64,000 nucleotides of DNA, from the NCBI RefSeq assembly GCF_032062105.1, contig NW_026939565.1, positions 62,001 through 126,000 on the forward strand, given 5' to 3'. The notes below the pieces were generated by a model. That model saw nothing but the letters and a program-made list of their open reading frames with translations, made no database searches and had not been told where the DNA came from. Made by a program: the position numbers and the translations under genes. Every line of letters begins with the position of its first letter. Position 1 is the first letter of the stretch. The stretch is from Saccostrea cucullata (lineage: Eukaryota). Below are positions 1-12,858 of the stretch, piece after piece.

Positions 1-466
1 TGAAAGATAGAGACTCCATATTTAGTATGCTTAATCCACTACTTAGGCTCTTTCCAATGATATTAATGTCAATGACCATGTGACCTTGACTGTGACCTGT
101 ATGCTAAAAATAACTTTTTTTGAATTCAAACTTTAATCTTCCGCCATAACTTTTGAACCATGAAAGATAGAGACTTCATATTTAAAATGCTTACTTCACT
201 CATTAAGTTCTTTCAAATGACACCAGGGTCAATGACCTTGTTACCTTGACTGTGACCTATATGCTAAAAATAGCTTTCTTGAACCTCAACCATAACTTTT
301 GAACCATGAGAGATAGGGATTTCATATTTGGTATGCATACCCCACGAATCAAGTTCTTTCATATGATTCCAAGGTCAGTGACCTTGTGACCTTGACCTAT
401 ATGCTTATATAATTTTTTTCGAACTTTGTGCTGCTGGGCGCATAGTGTTTCACAAACACATCTTGT
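1..466 (-). mobile_element. Helentron/HINE-like non-autonomous element with internal ~140-160 bp tandem units (truncated by window start)
   Basis: Repeating TGACCTTGAC / GAAAGATAGAGACTTCATATTT units. The end (catagtgtttcacaaacacatcttgtt) is the reverse complement of the start of the copy at 1127. Confidence 0.65.
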
Positions 467-484
467 TTTTCATATATATTTCAG

Positions 485-3400
485 AGTGTTGATGATTGTA
501 ACATTCCAGGATGTACCCCAGAGTCTGCTTTTAAGAAGATGGCATCTGACGAGGTTCAATTTTTGGATCATTTTTTGGATCAATGAATTTTAATCATCAA
601 ATTAAAGGAACTACCATAATCTGAAATCAGATTTGCCTCACTTTAAGGTATTTATACTTTTCATTTCTGCAGATCACACGAAAGATTTCGAAAACACGAC
701 CAAAACAAAAGACTAGATCATGGAAACAGAAGGTGAGAAAAAATTTATAACATATATTGTTATTTATTTTTAGGATGTCTGTCTGTATTGTTATGTAAAC
801 TTCAACCCATAAACCTCAAAACTGCCCCCCTCCCCATTTTCTTTAAAAAAATAACAAAAAGCAAAGAAATTCTTTTTTTCATTGAATTTCATTAAACATG
901 AAATATATAAGGAGAAAACTAACAATAACTAAGCTCCAAAGTCAATTGAAAAAATACAGATTTACAAATTTAGAGCTGTTCAAACATGAACCTCTGTTTG
1001 AAATATTAGAGGTGGAATCAGGGGCCTTGTAGTGGAAAGCATTGCATTTCGTATGGTCACATTTGCCGTGTGTTCCCTGTTATGATCGGAAAAATAAGAA
1101 AAAACCAAAATACAATATAGTATGTAAACAAAATGTGTTTGTGAAACACTATGCGCTCGGCGGCTACAAAGTTCGAAAAAGCTATTTTTAGCATATAGGT
1201 CACAAGGTCATTGACCTTGGCATTATTTGAAAGAGCTTAATTGTAGGAGTATGCGTACCAAATATGAAGACTCTATGTGCTATGGTTCAAAAGTAATGGC
1301 AAAAGTTCGAAAAAGCTATTTTTAGCATATAATTATGTCACAGTCAAGGTCACAAGGTCAATGGCCATTGTGTCAGATGAAAGAGCGTAATTAATGAAGT
1401 ATGCATATCAAATATGAAGTCTCTATCTTTCACGGTTCAAACGTTATGGCGAAGGTTAAAGTTGACAACAGACAGACAAATAGACATACAGGAAAAAACA
1501 ATATACGCTCCGAATCTATCGATTCTGGCACATAAAAATAACCTAACAGTAAGTTTGAAAAAAAACGCCAGTCAGCATTCGACTAAATAGTAAATTGTAT
1601 TTGCTAACAAGGTCATCGTATAGACCATAGAATTGCAAAAGGATGACTTAAACGAATCTTATAATATTCTTGTTTCATCAATTTGTTCACAACTTGACTT
1701 GCTTTGAAAATTGGACGTACGACGTATGACACACGTAGAACACGCCTTTGCGTATTTGATTCAGTCATATGGAATGCATAAACTCCATATGAAGGTGAAC
1801 AAGCTAATTCAGAGAATTTGTGTCCCCCGCTTAAGGAAAAAGTAAAACATGCCCAGTTCGGGGGGAGGGAGGGGGGAGAGTTGGATCCCCCTCACTGAAT
1901 TTGTAGAATTATTAAATGTATACATGCATGTATACTGAAGCAAATAAAATATACCATTATGGATATAAAGATTTAATTGCTTATTCTTTATTATGTGTAT
2001 AGAAGATTCTTTTTATATGGAATATTTATCACACTGTAATGATGATTTTATGAGTCAACTTTGTACAAGCCAGACCTCGTAAATTTTTCATTTCGCGTGC
2101 TGAATACTATTATTTAGTAAAAAAAAAGTATTTCAAAAAAAAAAAAGTTGTCCGTCCGGGACTTGAACTCGGGACCTCTCACATTGGAAGCGAGAAACAT
2201 ACCACTAGACCACGGAATCGCTTTACATGGAGTCAAGTATATGCAGAAGTGAAGTCACATACATGTATATATTCATGTTCGGTATTGTCAAAATTTTGCA
2301 CAATCCATGGTGCTTGATTTATTTAGCCTTTATTAAACGGTTCTAATAGATGTAATAAGAACAGTCCGCAGAGAACCTGTTTTATACGCAATAACTCTCC
2401 TCATGCCACTGTGCTAAAAATAGCGACATAAAATACATAAATACTAATAAAACAAACGGGGCAGGGCACTTTGAGAGGGGTGAGAGAGGTCCTAGGGAGT
2501 TTTGGTATAAAATTACATCGAATAAGCTCAAAATCCTCTTGAAATATCGCCCGCAAATGATAGTGTTACACACAGACAGAATGTGTAAATTGAACTTTGA
2601 CCTTTTGACCTCAAAATCAATAGGGGTCTTAATTAGGCCACAGGAAGTTGTTATGTAAAATTTCATTGCAATAGCTCAAATGGTTCTAGAGATATCGTGT
2701 GGAAACGCAAGTATTATAACAGACAGAATTTGCTTATTTATGACCTTGACCTTTGACCTTTTGACCTCAAAATCAATAGGGTTCTTCTTTAATCTATAGG
2801 GAGTTGCTATGCTTAATTTCATTGCAAAAGCTCAAAGGATTCTCGAGATATCGTGTGGAAACGAAAGCGTTACAGACAGACAGAAAGACGGACGGACGGA
2901 CGGACAAACCCAAATTAATATCCCCCACTTTTCAAGCGGGGGACAAAAAGGGTATACTATGATGTATATTTATAATTCTTCATTACATAGAGCGAGTTTC
3001 ACTATGGGGACAATCAGGAGACAAAACATACAGACAATTATACTTTGAAACTGGATGAGCAGATTTCCAAGATGTTGAAGAAGATCAAAGCGGAAACTGT
3101 AAATAAATGACTTTGTAGAATTCTTCATTCTTTATTTTTTTTTCTCTGAAACGAAATTCATATGCAATTTTACAACGTACACTGTACAAGTCAACATTTC
3201 TTTTTTTCAAAATTATTGAAGATAAAAGGTTACTAATATGTAAACTGGGCAAAAAGTTACAGAAGGGAAATAATCAGCCAATATACACAAGATGCTATTT
3301 AAACGTTTGTGCATTTTTTATCGTATTTAAATGCCCATTGCCGCAACAGCATCGCACTCTTTAATTAATGATAAAATAAGATCTGTTTAAGCACTTTTAA

Positions 3401-6400
3401 CATTACTTTACATATATGTTACTATATGCTTCAATTGTTTCAATATGAAATCTTGTATAACATGTGTGAACATTTCCATCTATAAACTTGTATAATTTTT
3501 TCCACAGGAATCTGTAAATTCAGTTCCGTCTTCGCCTTCCACCTTTGTTGAATCTCAGTTGCCCTCCACTTCAGGCCAGAATAAGGAGGCCAGCGAGTCG
3601 GTATACACCTGAAATATTAAAATTTAGTTATTTCATTCTTTTATGTCAACCGACAATTCACAGAATGAACCCTTTTCGAAAAAAAAACCACATTCACGCA
3701 TTATGTTACATATAAGTAGTAACACAAAAGAAAAGATACTTACAATCTCATATTTTCATTGGGTCAATTTTTTTAGGTTTGAGAATTGGTTAATGGGGAT
3801 TTCTTGATTGGACGAATTTTGAATAGTTATGTATATAAGAGTTTTAAATTTATCGAAAGACATGCATGATTTTATGGGTCCCTTTGTACATTGAAATCAA
3901 CGAAAAGTAAACCCCCCAGTAATCTGTAATTTGTCATATTTTTCAATGATATGGCAAGTGTTTTAAAATGACCCCTTTTTGGCAATAAGAAAGGTGGGAG
4001 AAGTCATGAGAGTAATGGTTAAAAATTAAATTGAAAAGCTTCTCGGGATATTGCCCAGAAAGTTTTACACACAAAAAGAATGAATTAACGACTTTGGCCA
4101 TTTGACTTCAAAACTAGTAGGAATCTTCTTCAGGCCATACCCAGGGAGTTATTATCTGAAACAGACAGACAAACTGAAATTAAAGACCCTCACTGTTAGT
4201 GTAAGTAGGGGACAATAACAAAAGAACTGCAACACCCTCTTTAATTTCATGTTAGGTAAAGATGCTTTTAACATTATGTGATGCAAGAATGCTGCTATAC
4301 TAACTCGAACAATATTTGTACATTTCCATCTTTGCTAACTTGTAAGCTTCCTTTCCAAAGGTCTCTGCAAATTCAGTTCCATCTTCGCCATCCTCCTCTG
4401 ATGGGTCTCAGCCGTCTCCCACTTTAGGCCAGCAGAAAGCCACCAAGTGGGTACGTAATCATTGACTTGAAACAAAGTTTTCAAGATGGCTATTTCATTT
4501 TTTATAATATTAACCAACAATTCATACAATCATTGAAGCATCCTCCTGAGACAACAAACTCACACATCATGTAACACATAAGTAGTAACATGATTTTTGA
4601 ATGATATGCAAAGTGAATGATCCTCCTTTTAGCACTACTTTACACATGTTCTTAAATCATATATTACCTAATTCTCACTTGTCAAGTGGCGTAAAGTTGT
4701 AGCAATTAAAAAAAACGTACTGCATATTAATTCATCTGTATGTGCCTTTTGTAGAAAAGTATATTGACAAAAAGGTGTTTGAATGACAATCAGGAACAAG
4801 AAGATCATTATACGCCGTCTAAAAGAATAAAAGTTCAAACTGAGGTAAACACAATGGAGAAATACATGTAACGCAAAACTTCAAGAAGTTCATGTATTTA
4901 TTCTGCTAGAAGAGAAAGTTGAGGAATTGATGAGTGACAAAAAAGTGTCTTTCATAAGATCATTAACAAATATGCAGTCTTGTAAAATAGTTTGCATTCT
5001 ATCAGAAGTTATCCTCTTATGATAACTACACATGATAATTTTTCAGGGAACTTAATACTGAACCTGAATGATGAGTTTCCCTCCCTTGAAAAAATAAGCC
5101 CCAGACATACTTATGTAACACTTATTTTCATATATTTCAGAGGTTTGATGATATTGACATTGCAGAATGTACCTCTGCGTTTAAAAAGATGACAGTTTAG
5201 TGTGCATCCTGTGGCATCTGTCGATATTCGGTTATTTGTATTTAGGATATACGAGCTTTTTCTGAAATAAAATTCTAAATTAAATATTATAATATGAAAT
5301 TATGAAATTTTTCTCATTTTAATGTTTTTCTGTTTGTTTTTCATTTTTCTAGATCAAACCAAAGATTTTCAAACTAAGATTAAAACAAAAGACCGTATTG
5401 TGGAAACAGAAGGTAAAAAATATACATCATATATAGTATTGACCAACAATATTAAACACGTCGGTTAGTATTCGTCTTAAAGACAGGTTGTATTCCCTAA
5501 TAAGGTGATTGTATCAACCATAGAATTTGTAAAATGATAACTTAAACGAGTCTGTTAAAGCTGAACACTACTCGTAAAAAGGCACAGTCCGTCATATTTC
5601 CCGTTCTTCAACGCTCTCCCTACAAGAAGGATATAGAGATAACAAACACTATTCAATCTCAAAGTCCATAAAACAATACAAAATAAGAGCAGAGCAAACA
5701 CGGACCTCCGAAACATCAGAGGTGGGATCAGGTGCCATGGTGGAGTGAGCATCCCCTGCCGACCGGTCACACCCGCCATGTGCTCATTGTCATGATTAGG
5801 AAATAACGGAAACATTCGTCGTCAATTCAGTGTGTAAATAATAGACTGACAATTGGTATGAAAAACGTCAGTCAGCATTTGACTCAATGATAAATTGTAT
5901 TTGCTGACAAGGTCATTGTATCGACCATAGAACTTACGAAATGATGATTTTAAACGAAACTGCTGTGTTCTTGTTTCATCAACTTGCTTGTCAATAATTT
6001 ACCTCTTTTTAGAAATTGTTCGTACGTAGAGCATTCTCTTGCGTATCGAATCAACCGAGATATATATACTCCGTATGCAGGTGATGAAGGTATATTGCTG
6101 CATAAGTAAGGGAAGTTGACGATAGAAAAGTTAAAGTCATCACGTTTATCATATAGTTTGGTTGTTAGATTACCATTAGCGTCTTTTTCAAGTAAAATAT
6201 CCAAGTATGAAACAGAAGTGTCAGACTCTGTGATATCTTCTATCTCAAGCTCACCAGGATATATCGTATCGACGTAGGGATGGAAATTACCATTGTTAAT
6301 TGGCAATACGTCGTCGATATATCTAAATGTCGAGTTGAAGGCCACGGCAAGTGTTTTCTTCTTTTCACGCATAAGATTTTGCATAAATTCTGCTTCATAT

Positions 6401-7825
6401 GAATATAAAAATAAGTCTGCTAATAACGGAGCGCAATTTGTACCCATGGGAATTCCAATAGATTGTTGGAATACCTGGTCTCCAAAAACCACATAGATAT
6501 TTTCAATAAGAAACTCAAGCACCTTCTTGATGTCATTCAACTTCAGAGTACTTATGTGTGCAATCAGAATCTGTTTTAACAAAATAATTTTGCAAATGAC
6601 CAATGACGAGGTAAGTAAATTTACAACCCATATATAAGGAGCAGATCGCTTATCAGTTCAATGTACTTTGCTGTAGAGATCCAACGAGTGTAGACGTACA
6701 TCTTACACAGCCGTGCGACTCGGTCGCGATGAAATTATCGAATTTAACGTATTTTTTTCCAAAACAGGACAAAAGTATCATGCAAAATACAGGTCAACAC
6801 ATTATTTATAAACAGAAAATGCACATAAAACAAGGAATAAGCGCAAAAAATCTAAGACCCCGAAAGGAATACTACATGTCGGCCACGAGTTTCGAGAGTG
6901 CAATCGGGTGTAACGAAATCGAACGGTTTATATACCCGTCTGACAGTGCCTATTTATGAGAAGTGTTCAGCTTTAATATTCTTGTTTTGTCAACTTGTTT
7001 GTCCATAGATTGACTTGTTTTAAAATGTGGTCATAAGAGGTATGACATACGCAGAACATGCTTTACTGAGAGACATTAACCTCATACTGTTTGTAGATGA
7101 TAGGGGTATATTATAATGAATATTTATTATTCTTCATTATATAGAGCGAGTGTCAGCATGGGGACACTCCAAAGACAAAACATACAGACAATTTTACTTT
7201 AAAACTGGATGAGCAGATTTCCATGACGTTGAAGAAGATCAGAGCGGACACTGTAAGTAAATGGCTTTTAATTTAGAATTTCTCTAACTTAGAAAAAGAA
7301 CTTAGGTACTTTCAAGCATTTTAACATTATTTTATAGAAGTGTTAATATATAATTATTCTTCAGTGTTTTACACTATTAGCTCGTAAAATATATTTACAT
7401 TTCCATCTATGTTTACTTGAACGTTTTTCCCCACAGGAATCTGCAAATTCAGTTCCGACTTCACCATCCACCTCTGATAGTTCTCAGCTGTCTCCCACTT
7501 TAGGCCAGATGAAGAATAAAGCCAGCAAGTCGGATAGTACCTGAAATATTAAGTTTTGACATTTCATTCTTTTATATTAACCATCAATTTATACAATGAC
7601 ACCCCCTCGAAATAGCACATCATGTTACACATTAGTAGTAACACAATAAAAAAACCTGTATAATCTCATATTTTCATTCTTTATTGGTGGACATAAATTT
7701 GTGAGTCTCTATGTACAATGAAAACAACGAAAATTTAACCCCTACAAAAATAGTGACGTTAAAGCAATCTTAAATTCTCATATTTTTGAATGATATGGTA
7801 AGTATTAAATGACCTTCTTTTTGGC

Positions 7826-7907
<82 letters not shown>

Positions 7908-10900
7908 GGTCATACGGAGGTGGAATGGTAAAAAAAATGAATTGCAAAACTCAAAAGCTTCTTCATATATCGCCTGGAAATAAAAGCTTTACACACAACA
8001 AGAATGTTTGAATTAACGTCCTTGATGATTGACCTTTTGACCTCAAAATAAATAGAAGTCTTTCTTAGCCCATTGAGAGCTGTAGTGTAGAATTTCAATT
8101 TAAAAGCTTTAAGGCTTTTTCAGATATTGCGTGGAAACGAAAGCGTGAAAACAGACAGAATTTATATACTTATGCCCTTAACGTTTTGACCTCAAAATTA
8201 ATAAGGTTATTCCTAGAGAGTTGTTGTTTCTTTGAAAAAGCCCTAAAGCTTCTCGAGATATCACACAGGAACAAAAGTGTTTAGACAGACAGAGATACAG
8301 CAAGACAGACAGACTGAAATTAATATCCCCCACTTTTAGTGAAAGCAGGGGACAATAACAAAAGAACTGCAACACCATCTTTAATTTGAGGTTAGGTAAA
8401 AATGCTTTTAACACTATGTGAAACAAGAATGATTCAGTGTTTAACCATACTAAAACTTACAATATACGTACATTTCCATCTATGTCTACACAGGACTCTG
8501 CAATTTCAATTCCATCCTCGCCCTCCGCCTCAGATAATTCTCAGCTGTCTCCAACTTTAGGCCAGGAGAAGAAAGCCAGAAAAAGGGTACGTAATCATTG
8601 ACCTGAAATAAAGTTTGGTTATTTCATTCTATTATATTAACCAACAATTCATACTTTGAAGAATCCACCCAGAGAAACACACACACGAATCATGTTACAC
8701 ACTAGTAGTAACACGATTGAAAATTTTCGAGGCTTTAGGATTTAGTATAATACCAAATTCTCCGGTGTAAAATGACGTTAAGCTGTAGCAGTAGAGCAAC
8801 TTTATGCATATATATGATCATTTTTTGGTGTACTTTGTAGAAAAGTATAATGACAAAAAGGTGTCTAGATGACAGTGGGATACAAGAAGATTATAATACG
8901 CCACCCAAAAGAGGAAAAGTTCAAACTGAGGTAAGCACACGTAAAATCAGGGAAATACATGTAAAGCAAAACTTTTCCGAAGTTCATATATTCATTCTGC
9001 CAGAGGAGAAAGTTGTGTATTTGATGGGTGACAAAGAAGTACATTTCATTTCATAAGATCATTACCTAAAATGAAGTCTTGTAGAGTAATTTGTATTCTA
9101 TTAGAAATTATCCTCTTTGCTTATCAATATGGTTGGTACGTAAAATATTACGTTTAGCTATTTCATTCTTTTATATTAACAAAACAATTCATATGAGGGA
9201 CCGTCGCCCCCTGTCGAAAAGACACACGAACGCATCAAGTTACACATTAGTTGTAGCATAATAGAAAAAGAAACTGTACAATCTCATATTTTCATTGAGT
9301 CTTTTCAAGGTTGGGGGATAAAATATTGGTTAATGGGAATTTCTTCATTTGAAAAGTTGAAGAAGTGGACATGTAAGCTGGGTCCCTTTGTACCTTGAAA
9401 ACAACGAAAATTAAACCCCTCACAAAAAGAGTGATGTCACAGTAATATGTAATTTTACATATTTTTTAATGATATGGTAAGTGTTAAATGACCCCTCCTT
9501 TTTGGCAAAATGAAAGATGGGAGGGACAACAGGGAGTTATGAGAAAACATTGAATTGATAAAACTTCTAATACTTGAGATATCGCCCTGAAAGTTTTGCA
9601 CACAAAAAGAATGTATGAATTAACGACCTTCACCTTTATAATTATCTTTTTGACAGTAAAATAAATAGGATTTTTTTCTTATCCCATATGCAGCTGTGCT
9701 ATAAAATTTCACTGCTCAAAGGCTTCAGGAGATATTGGTTGGAAACATAAGTGTGAAAACAAAAAGAATTTCTGAAATTTCCCTTTAGACCTCAAAACTA
9801 ATAGGGATCTTCATTGGGCTATGTTCAGGGAGTTAGTTAAATTAACTTCGCAATAGCTCAAAAGCTTCTCCACACAAGGCGCGGATACGAGTGTTAAAAC
9901 AGACAGAAATATTATTATCTCCAACTTTCAGTGAAAGCAGGAGACAATAAAAAAAGAACAGCAACATCCTCTTTTATTTGATGCTTCAGTGTTTCACTAT
10001 GCTAACTCGTACAATATAAGTACATTTCCATCTATATATACTTGCATGCTTTTTTTCCAACAGGACTCTGCAGATTCAGTCCAGTCTTCGCCCTCCGCCT
10101 CGGATAATTCTCAGCTGTCTCCAACTTTAGGCCAGGAGAAGGAAGCCAGGAAGTCGGTAAGTAATTATTGATCTGAAATAAAGTTTGATTATTTAATTTT
10201 TTTTAAAAAAATTAAACAATTTTTAATACGATGAAGTCACCCCCCCCCCCCCCCCCGAAAAATCACGAAAAACACAATTATGAACTAGTAGTAACACAAT
10301 TAAACCTCATACTTTTATTGGGTCAAAATTTCGAAGTTTGGTGATAAAATATTGGTTTATGAAGATTTTTTTATTTCACAAGTTCTGAGTAGTGATTGGA
10401 CATGGAGTTGGGGGTCTCTTTGTACCTCAAAAACAACGAAAATTAAACCCCTACAAAAATTAGTGGAATCACAGTCATCCGCGTCTTCCAACGATCGAAT
10501 ATCTGTAATTTCGCAAATTTCTGAATGATATGTTTAGTAAATGGCCCCTATTTTTTTTTTTTTTTGGTATTACTTTTCACGTCTCTTGAAATCATTTGGT
10601 TCATGACACAGTGACAATGTTGTAAAATATACTTGTAATTCATAATGTTAAATGGCGTAAATTTGTTAGCAGTATGGGAACTTTATGTATAGTTATTTTC
10701 ATCCCTTTGTGTTCTTTGTAGAAAAATGTAGAGACAAAAACGCATCTGGTTGACAATCAGGTACAAAAGGATCATTCTCCGCCATCTAACGCAGAAAAAG
10801 TGCAAACTGAGGTAAAATACAACAGAGAAATATTCATCATTTAATGATGCTTCTCCATCTATAAATAATCTGATGTAGATACAAACTATAACATTATATA

Positions 10901-11105
10901 TTTACTCCCATCCCTCGTAAATTTGGCCTTTTAAGTTTTATTTTATCATGTTTCTTACATAGTGTTTTTCTGTGTTATTTAGAAACAGGTTACTAGAAAA
11001 AAGCAAAAGCAGGATGGTCTGGATGCTTCTTCAGGGTGGACAGAAGCTGATAATGATGGAATGTTAGACCAGCTGGTCTGTCTGTTTGCCAAGCTGATCT
11101 TATAG
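485..11105 (+). CDS. 3' part of an uncharacterised multi-exon gene with tandemly duplicated phase-0 exons; Ser/Pro-rich, Lys-rich low-complexity protein
   Basis: AG/GT-bounded exons, lengths multiples of 3, open in frame 0: 485-553, 673-732, 2991-3098, 3508-3600, 4361-4450, 4755-4844, (5141-~5194, weak donor), 5353-5412, 7145-7252, (7437-7532, donor is GA), 8494-8586, 8841-8930, 10064-10156, 10722-10811, terminal 10983-11105 (KQVTRKK...LDQLVCLFAKLIL*). AATAAA at ~11784. The 5' end lies outside the window. Confidence 0.7.
1127..1538 (+). mobile_element. Short Helentron/HINE-like element
   Basis: AACAAAATGTGTTTGTGAAACAC start, two GGTCACAAGGTCA-containing tandem units, ACAG microsatellite, small 3' hairpin then A-run. 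Confidence 0.65.
1798..2949 (+). mobile_element. Helentron/HINE-like element carrying a tRNA-derived segment
   Basis: AACAAG start with subterminal TGTCCCCCGCTT, inverted to AAGCGGGGGACA at the 3' hairpin (2918-2949). Contains TTTGACCTTTTGACCTCAAAATCAATAGG units and a GACA/GACG microsatellite. Confidence 0.65.
2148..2219 (-). pseudogene. tRNA-Pro-derived pseudo-tRNA (anticodon position reads CCA)
   Basis: Minus strand GATTCCGTGGTCTAGTGGTATGTTTCTCGCTTCCAATGTGAGAGGTCCCGAGTTCAAGTCCCGGACGGACAA. A-box, B-box, anticodon arm and T arm are present and a T-run follows. The acceptor stem pairs only 4 of 7 positions. Confidence 0.7.
5625..6580 (-). mobile_element. 5'-truncated Penelope-like retroelement (RT C-terminal half plus 3' tail), frameshifted
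   Basis: ORF 5950-6603 has QQSIGIPMGTNCAPLLADLFLY, FRYIDDVL, YLDI, LYDKRDDFNF and AYGVYIS motifs. The reading continues in shifted frames at both ends (DSDCTHKYSEV; RLKSSFRKFYGRY). Copies of the tail occur at ~985-1080, 18720-18830, 25245-25300 and 43255-43380. Confidence 0.85.
7830..7904. repeat. (GA)n microsatellite
   Basis: Perfect dinucleotide run of about 75 bp. Confidence 0.98.
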
Positions 11106-11239
11106 GGAGAACACTGTCGAGAGCTTGTCATGTTAACATTAACATGCACGATGTTTTATCATACATTTTGTATGAATTTTAACTGCACTATATATACATT
11201 TTAATTACTGGTATATAGCATGTATATAGAATTTGTTTT

Positions 11240-11370
11240 GATTATATACTATGTATATATATATGAATTTTATACTATGTATTTATATGAATTTTATACT
11301 ATGTATATATATATATATGAATTTTATACTGTGTATATATATATATGAATTTTATACTATGTATATAGAA
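11240..11370. repeat. AT-rich minisatellite (ATGAATTTTATACTATGTATATAT unit with variable TA tract) in the putative 3' UTR
   Basis: Four to five units visible directly. Confidence 0.85.
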
Positions 11371-12858
11371 CACAATTTAATTATATAATATATATAATGA
11401 TTGTATTTTAATTAGATACTTAGTGTCTAAAAATCTTGATTATATACTATGTATATGTTTATCAATACTATTATATTTTATCCATATAGCAATGTGTTTC
11501 ATGCCTACTAAATTATTTTTAATCTTGTTGTTTTGCGTTTTGAACAATCATGCAATAAGTTTAAGAATTCTGTTTGTTTGGTCTTTCACTTTTGAGAAAA
11601 TTTCCTGCATTTTTTAAATTCACTTGTAGCTTAGAACCACATAATTTTTAATAACTTATACGATGTCAGCTGTTTTAAAGTTTCTTAACATATATTTTTA
11701 GATTTCATATACTTTGAAGTATTCAAGTATTTTTGTTTTTAAAAAATAAGCTGGTGACTTTGTGAATACTTTGTTTTATTTGCAATAAACAGCGGGGAAA
11801 CAGTAGGCGTTGTATTTGTTTATTCATTCCAAATGTATTCTTGGATTAAATTTTGTATTGCATGTTTAAATTTATAAAAAAAAAAAGAAGTCAAAAGATA
11901 TTTGTAAAAAAAGTTTAAAGATTGAGGATAACATAACATTTTTATAATCATTAACAATTCATTTTTTTTTTAATGAAGCCTTTTGAATACACTGTGTCTT
12001 TACTTTAAAAATAGTCGCTTTTTTAAAATCATGCATTAAAACTACCAATTCTTTCCCAAATGTAATATTAAAATCAAGGACATTATAATTAACTGCGCGT
12101 CTGCTTCCTTATCAATGTGCATTGATGCAGTTTATCAGTCTTGAAAGCAGAAATAGTTTAAAATAAATGCAAAGTTACAAGATTCAAAAGATAAATGATC
12201 TGTATCTTACACTTTACACGGTTCTTTTGAAAAAAAAAATAGGTAATCCTCTTTTATAAAAAAAAATCCCCAATATTTTCCATGCAAAATAGTTTGATAA
12301 AAATCAAAGAATTTCTGTCTTGAAAACTGTAAGAAATTACAGGAATTTTACAGAAATAAGGAAAAATTTTCTTTTGTTTAACTTCTTATTTTTACACCCA
12401 CAATCTGTTTAAAATGCGTTTGCTCTGCTCCTATTTTGTATTGTTTAATGGAGTTTTGATCTTGAATACTGTTCGTTATCTCCGTATATTTGACTTAAAC
12501 TCTTTAAATAAAAAGCAGTTTACATAATTTGATATTTTTTTTGTAAAAGGTTGAATTACCAGACTAAGAGTTTCCGCATGATAGAGAAGTGCAAAATATT
12601 TTGATAAAAATATTTCCTTAAAACAAATAGATAGGAAATAATTAATAAAATATGTAATTAAACACTAAAAGGAACCATTGAAACAATATGCTTCATCAAA
12701 AAAATGCCGGTAATAACCTTCTAAGTTTGACCAGAGAATAGTGAATTCTATAACAAAGCTAACAGGAATAGTTTTCTAAACAGGAAACAAAAATTACCTT
12801 TAAAAAAACTTCACACCTTCATTTATTCTGTAGACAATTGAGCTGCTTAGAACTGATA

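Noticed and set aside
2148-2219. Functional tRNA-Trp(CCA) gene
   Set aside because: Acceptor stem is mostly unpaired, the body is Pro-like, and it sits inside a repeat.
5625-6600. Hammerhead ribozyme associated with the Penelope-like copy
   Set aside because: No CTGANGA...GAAA core with pairing stems could be identified by eye in this truncated copy.
7759-7947. ORF with poly-(SL) tract
   Set aside because: Translation of the (GA)n microsatellite.
12000-12850. Canonical TonE sites (TGGAAANNYNY) upstream of the receptor genes
   Set aside because: Spot checks found only partial matches, expected by chance in AT-rich DNA; direct NFAT5 regulation is not supported by sequence alone.
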